64,000 nucleotides of DNA from Betaproteobacteria bacterium. Its GTDB lineage: Bacteria > Pseudomonadota > Gammaproteobacteria > Burkholderiales > Usitatibacteraceae. The notes below the pieces were generated by a model. It was given only the letters and a program-made list of their open reading frames with translations. It ran no database searches and had not been told where the DNA came from. Position numbers and translations under genes: made by a program. Of this stretch, positions 30,406 to 40,300 are shown in pieces (within the stretch, counting starts at the first letter, position 1; each line of letters starts with the position of its first letter). The DNA is taken from contig JADJMI010000018.1 of the NCBI GenBank assembly GCA_016709665.1, positions 3,431 to 67,430 of the forward strand, written 5' to 3'.

Positions 30406-33400
30406 ATGAAATCCACCCCGACCCGGTTCCTGGCCGCATTTCTTATCGCGTGCGCGGGCCTCGCCCGGGCCGCGCCGCTCGACCTCGCCCCCGACGCGGT
30501 GCTCGGCAAGCCGGACTACACGACCCCGACGGTCGGCGCGGCGTCCGCGACGAACATCCAGATGCCGATGGGGCTCGCCGAGGACCCCGTGAGCGGCGAA
30601 CTGTGGGTGACGGACCACTTCGCGAGCCGCGTGTTGCGCTACGCCTCCGCGCGGGCCTTCGCGAACGGCGAGGCGGCCAACCTCGTGCTCGGGCAGGCGA
30701 ACTTCACGGCTTCGGACGCCAACCGGGGCGGCGCGGTCGCCGCGAACACGCTCAACCGGCCGCGGGGCCTCGCCGTGGACCAGGCGCGCCGCCTCTACGT
30801 GTCGGACTCCGACAACCACCGCGTGCTGGTCTACGCGCCGCCGTTCGCGAACGGGATGGACGCGGGCGTCGTGGTCGGCCAGGGCAGCTTCACGACGAAC
30901 GCTCCCGACCTGGGCGGCGGCACGCCGACGCATATCGGGCTGCGGGCGCCCCACGGCCTCGCGCTCGACGACGAGGGCCAGCTCTGGGTGGCGGACGCGG
31001 GCAATGCCCGGGTGCTGCGGTACGGCGCCCCGCTGAGGTCGTTCGCCGGTGCGATCGACGTCAAGGGCCAACCGGGCTTCTTCTCCCGCACGCCGGTCCT
31101 GGATGCCTCGGGCATGGGCTTTCCCGTCGGCATGAACGTGGACCGCGAGGGCAATCTCTGGGTGGTGGACCGCGGGTTCCACCGCGTCACGCGTCACCAT
31201 CGGAACGTCCTGCGCACGGACGGCGCGCCCGCGGACTGGGTGATCTGCCAGCCCGACTTCACGACCGCGACCGCGGGCGTGACCGCCACGAACTGCAACT
31301 TTCCCGAGGCGGTGGTGGTGGATCCGGAACAGACCTACGCCTACATCGCCGATGCCGGCAACAACCGCGTCCTGCGGGTCTTCAGCAAGACGGCGGACGC
31401 GTGGATCGGGCAGGCGGGCCCGAACGACCAGCTCTGCAACCGCAACGCGCAGGCGCCGTCGGCCGCCACGCTCTGCAATCCCTTCGCGCTCGCGTTCGAT
31501 CGCCTGGGCAACCTGCTCGTGGCCGATGGCGCCAACGGCCGCGTGCTGCGCTACGACCAGCCTTCCGAAAGGAACACGCCGGTTCCCCTCGAGGCGAGCC
31601 CGAGCGTGATTCCCCAGGACGGCGGTGACCTCACCGTGACGATCCACGGCCTGCGCTTCCACGGCGATACGACCGCCGTATTGAACGGGCAGCCCGTCCC
31701 GACGCGCTATCTCGCGCGGGGCCGGCTCGGCGCGACTTTGCCGGCGGCCGCGCTCGCGGGTTCCGGGGCGCTGAACATCGGCCTGCAGACGCCCGGCGCC
31801 ACCCTGGGAAGCGTGCAACCGCCGATCCCGCTGGCCCGTTACGCCCGCATGCCGGGCGACCGGCTCGCCGACCGGGTGCTGGGCCAGCCCGATTTCGACA
31901 TGGACAGTTCATCGAACTCGTCGGTCGGCGAGGCCTTGCTCGGGTCCGTCAATGCCGCCAACCTGGAAGGCGCGGGGCAGGTGGTGATTGACCCGGTCTC
32001 GGGCCGCGTCTTCCTCTCGCAGGCGCAAGCGCGGCGCTCTCGTGGCCGAGCCACGCGGACCTGCGCAACGGGCAATCGGCCGACGTCGTCATCGGCCGGC
32101 GCGATTTCTTCGAAGCCCAGGACGCCGACGTGGACGCACGGACGCTGGGCCAGGCGTTCAACGCGCTTGCGATCGACCCTGCCGGACGGCTTTACGTCGC
32201 GGACTATTTCCGCCACCGCGTGCTGCGCTTCGATCCGCCATTCGCGACGGGCATGGTCGCCGCGCGCGTATTCGGCCAGGGCGGGTCCTTCACCTCGGAC
32301 ACGAAGAACCTCGGCGGGCGCAGCGGCGCGAGCCTGGCCTACCCCGGCGCCATCGCCGTGGATGCGAACCGCCTCTTCGTCTTCGACAGCGATAGCCGCC
32401 GGATCCTGGTCTACGAGAATCCCGATGCCGACGCGACGGCGGACGCGGCCATCGGCCAGGCGGACCTGGTGTCCGCCGTGCAAATGCCGGCAAGCGCGAC
32501 GCGGATCGGGGGAGCCGGCACGGGCCTCGCGCTCGACGGCAGCGGTCGGCTCTACTTCGCCGACTACGACGCGAACCGCGTGCTGCGCTTCTCGCCGCCC
32601 TATTCGAGCGGCATGGCCGCCGACCTCGTCATCGGGCAGCCTGATTTCACGACGCGTGGACCCGGCACCTCCGAGCGCAGTCTCGACCGGCCGGGTGGCC
32701 TCGCGATCGATGCGGCCGGTCACCTGTTCGTGGTCGACCGTTCGAACAACCGGATCATCCGCTTCGCCGCGCCGCTCGCGAGCGGGCAGGCGGCCCACGG
32801 GCTGCTCGGCCAGGCGGGCTACCTGAACGCCAGCGACGGTACCGGTCGCGACGGTCTCAGCAATCCCGAGAGCGTGGCGGTGGACGAGAGTGGCAACGTG
32901 CTCGTGTACGACCAGTCGAACAGCCGCCTGCTCGCCTACGACCGGCCCTTCGGCCGCCTCTCGCCTTCGCGCACGGTGAATCTCTCCACCCGAATGGCGG
33001 TGCTCACCGGCGAGAACGTGCTGATCGGCGGCTTCGTGATCGAGGGCACGGCTCCGAAGCGCGTGGTGATCCGCGCGCGCGGGCCGTCTCTTTCGGGCTT
33101 CGGCATTCTCAACGCGCTCGCCAACCCGGTGCTGCAACTCTTCTCGGGACCGACGCAGATCGCCTCCAACGACGACTGGCGCGGGGCGGCCAACGCGGCC
33201 GACGTCCAGGCGAGCGGCTTCGCGCCGTCGAACGACCGCGAGTCGGCGATCCTCGCGACGCTCCAGCCCGGCGCCTACACGGCGATCGTCTCGGGCGCGG
33301 GCGGGGTGACGGGCGTAGGCATCGTTGAAGTGTTCGAAGTGGACACGCCCGCCACGCCGCTCATCAACATCGCCACGCGCGGCGCGGTGCTCACCGGGAG

Positions 33401-33731
33401 CGACGTGATGATCGCGGGCTTCGTGATCCAGGGCCCGAGCGCGCAGACGGTGGTGGTGCGCGCGCGCGGGCCCTCGCTCGCGCAGGCCGGTGTCGCGCAA
33501 CCGCTCGCCAACCCGCTGCTGCAACTCTTCGCGGGCGCGACGTCGATCGCATCCAACGACGACTGGACCGTCTCGGGCAACGCCGCGGCCATCCAGGCGA
33601 GCGGCTTCGCGCCGCCGAACCCGCGGGAAGCCGCGATTCTCGTGACGCTGCAACCGGGCGCCTACACCGCGATCGTCTCCGGCGTGGGCGGCACCACCGG
33701 CGTGGGCATCGTCGAAGTGTTCATCCCCTGA
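30406..33731 (+). pseudogene. Dual-propeller NHL/IPT secreted protein B with twin NISTR...EVF module; frame break at ~32020-32035
   Basis: Signal peptide MKSTPTRFLAAFLIACAGLARA. The frame of ORF 26989..32826 holds up to GRVFLSQAQ. The protein then continues as ALSWPSHADLRNGQSADVVIG... in the frame of ORF 32130..33731. It ends GVGIVEVFIP-stop. Confidence 0.85.
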
Positions 33732-33835
33732 CCGGCCGATGTCCGCTTCGGCGGCGTGATCGCGTGGGACGAGACAAGGGGATCCGTGCGCGCGCCGGCA
33801 TCCCCGTCCCACGACAACGACAGGAAGCGTTCCCC

Positions 33836-36800
33836 ATGCAATCCCTCATCCGCCGGTTCGCGCCGGGGCTCGTCGCGCTCGCGTGCGCAACCTCCCCGCC
33901 GCTCGCGGCCGCGCCCATCGACGCCATCGCCGATGCGGTGATCGGCAAGCCCGGTTTCGACGCACCGGCGGGCGGCGCTGCCTCGGCCGACAATTTCCTC
34001 CGGCCTTCCGCGCTGGCCGAGGATCCGGTCTCGGGCGAACTCTGGGTCGCCGACGCGAACGCGCACCGGGTGCTGCGATTCGCCTCCGCACGCGCCTTCG
34101 CGAACGGCGAAGCGGCCAACCTCGTGCTGGGGCAGGCGGATTTCGCGGGCGCGGCGCCCAATCGGGGCGGCGCGGCGGGCCCGGGCACGCTCGCCACGCC
34201 GGCGGGACTCGCCGTGGACGGCGCACGGCGCCTGTACGTGTCGGACGCGAACAACCACCGCGTGCTGGTCTTCAAGCCGCCCTACGCCAACGGCATGGAT
34301 GCGTCGAACGTCTTCGGCCAGGGCAATCTCGTGTCGGCCGCGCGCAACCGGAATTCCGGCACGCCCCGCGCCGACGGCCTCGACACCCCGCAGGGAATCG
34401 CGCTGGACCCGGAAGGGCGGCTCTGGGTCGCGGACGGCTTCAACGCGCGCGTCGTGCGGACCTCGGCGCCGGTCACCGTCAACGGGCTCCGCGCGGACGT
34501 GATCCTGGGCCAGCCCTCGGAAGTCTCGAATGCGCCGGCGCTCACCGCCACCGGCATGCGCGTGCCCACCGGCGTCGCCCTGGATCCGGAGGGCAACGTC
34601 TGGGTGGCCGACTTCCTCTGGCATCGCGTGACGCGCTACGCCGCGCCGGCGCCGGGCACGCTCGGCCCGCCGGCCGACCGCGTGCTCTGCCAGCTGGGCC
34701 CGCTGTCCTCGGTCACGGGCGCCGGCGACTCGCGCTGCAACATGCCCACGGGCGTCGCGGTCGATGCGGAGGGCCGGGTCCACGTGACCGACCTGGGCAA
34801 CAGCCGCGTGCTGATGTTCGCCTCGCCGGATCTCGCGCCGATCGCGACGGGCTGGATCGGCCAGGCCACGGCCGACGGCGCGCTCTGCAACGGCGGGGCG
34901 GCGCAGCCGTCGGCGCGGTCGCTCTGCGCTCCCCTCAGCGCGAGCCTCGACCGGCACGGCGACCTGCTGGTGGCGGACTCGGGGAACGGGCGCGTGCTGC
35001 GCTTCGATTCCCCCTTCCTCCGGAACCCGTCGGAGGCGACGAGCCTGAGCCCGTCGACGATCGCGCGCGGCACGGGCGATTTCGACCTCACCGTGAACGG
35101 ATCCGGCTTCTACGGCGACTCCGTGGTGCACTGGAACGGCCAGCCGCGCCCGACGCGCTACGTGAGCGGCGAGCGGCTCGTCGCGAGGATCGCGGGGGCG
35201 GATGTCGCCGCCGCGGGCCACGCCGAAATCCTGGTCATGACGCCCGCGCCGTTCGGCGGCCCGTCGGGCCTGCTGGGTGCATTCATCGCCGATCGCCAGG
35301 CGGGCGACGGGATCGCCGACCTCGTACTCGGCCAGCCCGATCTCTTCGCGAGCGTCGTGCTGAACCGGCGCGTCGGTGCGCAGGCCCTGGGCACGGCGAA
35401 TCCCGCCTCGCTTCCCGCCAACCTGCGGTCCGTCGCGATCGATCCCGCCACGGGGCGCCTTTTCGTCGCCGACGGCCGCGCCCGCGTGCTCTCCTGGCCC
35501 GGCCTCGCGAACCTGCAGAACGGCGAGGCGGCGGACGTGGTCGTCGGCCGGCCCGACGCGTTCACCCTCGACTGCGACGACATGGCGCCCACGGCGACGA
35601 TCGTGTGCGACCCCTGGGGGCTCGCGGTCGACGCGGGCGGGCGGCTCTACGTGTCCGAACCGGCGCGGCATCGCGTGCTGCGCTTCGACCCGCCCCATCG
35701 CACGGGCATGGCCGCCGCCCGCGTCTTCGGGCAAGGCGGTTCGTTCACCACCTTCACGCGCAACAAGGGCGGCATCGGGCCCGGCAGCCTGAGCGAACCG
35801 AGCGGCCTCGCGACGAGCGGCAACCGCCTGTTCATCCATGACGGCGGCAACGCCCGCATTCTCGTGTTCGACGATCCGGATGCCGTCGCGAACGCCAATG
35901 CCGTGATCGGCCAGCCGGACATGGTCACGGCCGCCGTGCAGGCGCCGAGCGCCACGCGCCTGGGTGGCGGGCCCGGGGGGCTCGCGGTGGACCGCGACGG
36001 CCGGCTTTTTCTCGCCGATGGCGCGAACGCTCGCGTCCTGCGCTTCGCGCCGCCTTTCGCGAACGGCATGCCCGCCGATCTCGTCATCGGCCAGGCCGGC
36101 TTCACGACGAACGGCAGCGGGCTTTCGGCCTCGAACCTCCGGTTGCCGGCGGCCGTGGCCGTGTCCCGCGGCGGCGACCTGCTCGTCGCCGACGGCGGCA
36201 ACCATCGCGTGCTGCGCTTCGCCGCGCCGCTCGCGACCGGCATGGCGGCGACGCGCGTGCTCGGCCAACCGGCCTTCAATACCGACATGCCGGTCGCTTC
36301 CCCGGAGGGGCTCGGCACGCCGGTCGGCGTGGCGATCGACGCGGGCGGCAACGTCGTCGTGGCCGATTCGGGCAACGCACGGGTCCTCGCCTACGACCGT
36401 CCCTTCGGCGGGACGGCGCCGTCGCCGGGCCGCGTGGTCAACCTCTCCACGCGCATGGCGGTGCTCACGGGCAACGACGTGATGATCGGCGGCTTCATCG
36501 TCGGCGGCACGCAGCCCAAGCGGGTCGTGATCCGCGCGCGCGGGCCTTCGCTCGCGGCGGCCGGGGTGCCGAACGTGCTGGCGAACCCGCTGCTGCAGCT
36601 ATTCGCGGGGCCGACGCCGATCGCCGCCAACGACGATTGGCGCGTGGCGGCCAATGCCGCCGACGTGCAGGCGAGCGGCTTCGCGCCGTCGAACGACCGC
36701 GAGGGCGCGATCCTCGCGACGCTCGCTCCCGGGGCCTACACCGCGATCGTCTCGGGCGTCGCCGGGACCACGGGCGTGGGCCTCGTGGAAGTCTTCGAGG

Positions 36801-37195
36801 TGGACCTGCCCGCGTCGCCGCTCGTCAACATCGCCACCCGCGGCCGCGTGCTCACGGGCAACGACGTGATGATCGCGGGCTTCGTGATCCAGGGCGACCT
36901 GCCGCAGAAAGTGGTGATCCGCGCGCGCGGGCCCTCGCTCGCGGCCCAGGGCGTGCCGGGCGTGCTCGCCAACCCCTTGCTGCAGGTGCTCTCGGGCGCG
37001 ACGCCCGTCGCCGTGAACGACGACTGGGGACTCGCGGCCAACGCGGCCGCCCTCCAGGCGAGCGGCTTCGCGCCCGCAGACCCGCGGGAGGCCGCGGTCC
37101 TCGCGACGCTCGAGCCCGGCGCCTATACCGCCATCGTCACCGGGGCGGGAAGCACCACCGGCGTGGGCATCGTGGAGGTCTTCGCCATTCCCTGA
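33836..37195 (+). CDS. Dual-propeller NHL/IPT secreted protein C with twin NISTR...EVF module
   Basis: Signal peptide MQSLIRRFAPGLVALACATSPPLAAAP. It has the same architecture as A and B and is intact. The twin module at ~36430..37192 ends GVGIVEVFAIP-stop. Confidence 0.9.
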   Translation: MQSLIRRFAPGLVALACATSPPLAAAPIDAIADAVIGKPGFDAPAGGAASADNFLRPSALAEDPVSGELWVADANAHRVLRFASARAFANGEAANLVLGQADFAGAAPNRGGAAGPGTLATPAGLAVDGARRLYVSDANNHRVLVFKPPYANGMDASNVFGQGNLVSAARNRNSGTPRADGLDTPQGIALDPEGRLWVADGFNARVVRTSAPVTVNGLRADVILGQPSEVSNAPALTATGMRVPTGVALDPEGNVWVADFLWHRVTRYAAPAPGTLGPPADRVLCQLGPLSSVTGAGDSRCNMPTGVAVDAEGRVHVTDLGNSRVLMFASPDLAPIATGWIGQATADGALCNGGAAQPSARSLCAPLSASLDRHGDLLVADSGNGRVLRFDSPFLRNPSEATSLSPSTIARGTGDFDLTVNGSGFYGDSVVHWNGQPRPTRYVSGERLVARIAGADVAAAGHAEILVMTPAPFGGPSGLLGAFIADRQAGDGIADLVLGQPDLFASVVLNRRVGAQALGTANPASLPANLRSVAIDPATGRLFVADGRARVLSWPGLANLQNGEAADVVVGRPDAFTLDCDDMAPTATIVCDPWGLAVDAGGRLYVSEPARHRVLRFDPPHRTGMAAARVFGQGGSFTTFTRNKGGIGPGSLSEPSGLATSGNRLFIHDGGNARILVFDDPDAVANANAVIGQPDMVTAAVQAPSATRLGGGPGGLAVDRDGRLFLADGANARVLRFAPPFANGMPADLVIGQAGFTTNGSGLSASNLRLPAAVAVSRGGDLLVADGGNHRVLRFAAPLATGMAATRVLGQPAFNTDMPVASPEGLGTPVGVAIDAGGNVVVADSGNARVLAYDRPFGGTAPSPGRVVNLSTRMAVLTGNDVMIGGFIVGGTQPKRVVIRARGPSLAAAGVPNVLANPLLQLFAGPTPIAANDDWRVAANAADVQASGFAPSNDREGAILATLAPGAYTAIVSGVAGTTGVGLVEVFEVDLPASPLVNIATRGRVLTGNDVMIAGFVIQGDLPQKVVIRARGPSLAAQGVPGVLANPLLQVLSGATPVAVNDDWGLAANAAALQASGFAPADPREAAVLATLEPGAYTAIVTGAGSTTGVGIVEVFAIP

Positions 37196-37219
37196 GCTTC
37201 ATGTGTGTCGTTCCCTTTC

Positions 37220-37245
37220 GGGCGCCCGGTGGCGCCCCTTTTTTT
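37220..37245 (+). terminator. Rho-independent terminator after paralogue C
   Basis: GGGCGCC-CGGT-GGCGCCC stem-loop followed by CTTTTTTT, 25 nt after the stop codon. Confidence 0.8.
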
Positions 37246-37368
37246 GCCGATCCTGCGCGACCCGATGTCCGCCACGGACCGGCGACTGCGTGAAACGAGA
37301 GGGAAGCCTCGCGCCCGTTCCGGGCGCGGGGCGAACGCCCGTGCCCCCGGGATGAAAGGCCCGATGCC

Positions 37369-40300
37369 ATGACCGTACGCTGGATCCTTCGCCTGCTGCT
37401 GTCGTTGTCGATCGTCACGATGGCGATGGCGACGTCCTGTTCCTCGCAGGCGGCGGCGCTCGATGCCGTGCCCGACGCCGTGCTCGGCAAGCCGGACTTC
37501 GTGACGCCGGCCGGCGGCGCGGCGTCGTCGACGAACCTCTTGCGCCCCGGAGGGCTCGCCGAGGATCCGGTGTCCGGGGAGCTGTGGGTCGCGGATCCCG
37601 GGGCGAACCGCGTGCTGCGCTTCGCTTCCGCGAGGGCCTTCGCGAACGGCGAGGCCGCGAACGCGGTGCTGGGCCAGGCCGATTTTTCCGCGTCGGCGGC
37701 CAACCGGGGCGGCCCGGCCGCGGCCGGAACGCTCGCTCGTCCCTCGGCCCTCGCGGTGGACGCGGCCCGGCGCCTCTACGTCGCCGACACCGGCAATCAC
37801 CGCGTGCTCGTCTTCGGGCCGCCCTATGCCGACGGCATGGCCGCGCGCGTGGTCGTGGGGCAGGACGATTTCGCCGGAGCCCTCGCCAACCGCGGCGCGC
37901 CCGCGCCGACGAGCGAGAGCCTCGCGGCGCCCCAGGGACTCGCGCTCGATCTCGTCGGCAACCTCTGGGTGGCGGATACCGGCAATGCGCGCGTCCTGCA
38001 GTTCTCGGGATACATCGAAGGCCAGAACCGTTCGCCCGACGGCGTCCTCGGGCAGCCGGGATTCACGACGGCGGCGGCGAACCTCACGGCGCGCGGCCTT
38101 TCCGCGCCGGTGGGCCTGGCGATCGACGGCGATTCCCACCTCTGGGTCGTGGATCGGGGCCACCACCGCGTCCTGAAATATCCGCCCACGCCGCTCCTCA
38201 CGACGAACGCCGCGGCCGTGGGCGTGCTGTGCCAGGGCGACTTCGTCACGGCCGTGTCCGCGACATCGGCGACGGGGTGCCTCGCGCCGGCCGGCGTCGC
38301 CATCGACGGGGAAGGCCGCGTGCACGTGACCGATTCGGGCAACCATCGCGTGCTGCGGTTCGACGCGCCGGCCCCGGGCGCGGCGGCCGATGCGATCCTC
38401 GGGCAGGCGCTGCCGGGCGACGGGGCGTGCAACCGCGGCGCCATCGCCCCGACGGATCTTTCGCTTTGCGGGCCGTCGTCGCTGGGCGTGGACCGCCGCG
38501 GCAACCTGCTGGTCGCGGACGGCGGCAACGGGCGCCTGCTGCGCTACGACATTCCCGTGCGCCGCGCCCGGCCCGTGGCGCGCGCCACGAGCCCCGCCGC
38601 GCTGGCGAGGAACTCGCCGGGCGCCACGCTGACGGTCGACGGCGAACGGTTCACCGACGATGCGGTGGTCCTCTGGAATGGCCTGCCGCGGCCGACACGG
38701 TTCGTGTCGGCCCACCGCCTGCTGGCGGACCTGCCGGCCGCCGACGTGGCCGTGGCCGGGCCCCACGCGGCGCGCGTCGTCACGCCGGCGCCGGGGGGCG
38801 GCGAGAGCGCGGATGCGCTCGTCGTGGACACCTACGAGCGCGCGCCCTTCGACGCCGCGGCCGACGGCGTGCTGGGCCAGCCCGGTTTCGCGAGCGGCTT
38901 GGCGCTGAACCGCTCGGTCGGTGCCGGGCAGGTGGGCTTCTTCAACGCGTCGAGCCTGCATGACCTGATGCATTTCGTGACGATCGACCCGGTCACGGGG
39001 CGGGTCTTCGCGAACGACGCCTGGGCCGGCCGGGTGCTGTCGTGGCCGAACATCGCCGCGGTGCGCGACGCGCTCCCCGCGGACGTGGTGATCGGCAAGC
39101 CCGACGCCTTCGCGTCGCAATGCGACTTCCTCGCGCCCACGGCGAGCGAACTGTGCGACGCCGCGCAGGTGGCGATCGACGAGGCGGGCCGGCTCTACGT
39201 GGCGGAATCGATCCGCCATCGCGTGTTGCGCTTCGACCCGCCCTTCGCGACCGGGATGGCGGCCTCGCGCGTGTTCGGCCAGGCGGGCTCGTTCGCGACC
39301 GGCGAATCGAACCTCGGGGGACTGGGCCCGGCGAGCCTCGATTCGCCTTCCGGCCTCGCCGTTCACGGCCGGCGCCTGTTCATCCTGGACGGCGGAAACA
39401 TGCGGATCCTCGTGTACGACGATCCCGATGCCCGGCTCGCCGCGGACGCCGTCATCGGCCAGGCGGATTTCGCGTCGGCCGGCTTCGCGCCGGCGAGCGC
39501 CACGCGCTTCCGGTCCCCGTACTCGGGGCTCGCCACCGATCGCGAGGGGCGCCTGTTCCTGGCGGATTCCCACGCGAACCGCGTGCTGCGCTTCTCGCCG
39601 CCGTTCGCGAACGACATGGCCGCGGACCTCGTCGTCGGCCAGGCGAACTTCACCGGCACGGGCGCCGGCCTGTCGGCCTCCCGGTTCGACTTTCCCTGGG
39701 CCGTCGCTCTCGACGAATCCGGCGCCCTCCTCGTGGCCGACCGGAACAACCATCGGGTGCTGCGCTTCCCGGCGCCGTTGTCGGACGCGATGGCCGCGAC
39801 GGGCGTGCTCGGCCAGGCCGGGTTCGGCACGGGCGTGCCGTCCGCGACCTCGCGCACCAGCCTCCTGCACCCCGTCGGCATCGCCGCCGACAAGCAAGGC
39901 AACGTGGTGGTGATCGACTCGGGACGCTCGCGCATCCTCGCCTACGACCGGCCCTTCGCGAGCGCCGCCGCGCCGGGCCGCCTCGTCAATCTATCGACGC
40001 GCATGTCGGTGCGTACCGGGGACGACGTGCTGATCGGCGGCTTCGTGATCGGCGGGACGCAGCCGAAGAACGTCGTGCTGCGCGCGCGCGGGCCTTCGCT
40101 CGCCGGCGTGGGAGTCCCGAATGCCCTGCTGGATCCGGAGCTGCGGCTTTTCTCCGGGCAGACCGTGATCGCCGCGAACGACACCTGGAGCGCCGCGCCG
40201 AACGCGGCCGCGATCGAGCTGGGCGGCTTCGCGCCGAACCACTCGCATGAAGCGGCGATCCTCGCGAGGCTCGCCCCGGGCGCCTACACCGCGATCGTGT

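Noticed and set aside
26989-32826. 1945-aa plus-strand ORF suggesting one giant protein
   Set aside because: It is an artefact of two frame breaks. Paralogue comparison shows gene A should end VEVFIP-stop at 30382. A new signal peptide (MKSTPTRFLAAFLIACAGLARA) starts gene B at 30406. The tail after ~32030 is out-of-frame Arg/Ser/Thr-rich sequence.
4810-39897. Many long antisense or alternate-frame ORFs (4810..6729, 5100..7259, 7359..9449, 8927..12400, 10041..12188, 15018..16889, 22492..25332, 24606..27164, 26410..30243, 27258..30296, 31839..33812, 33662..36268, 33883..35841, 37123..39897 and others)
   Set aside because: These are shadow ORFs typical of ~70% G+C DNA. They have an Arg/Gly/Ala/Pro-dominated composition and no recognisable motifs. 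Each overlaps a well-supported gene with clear domain signatures on the other frame or strand.
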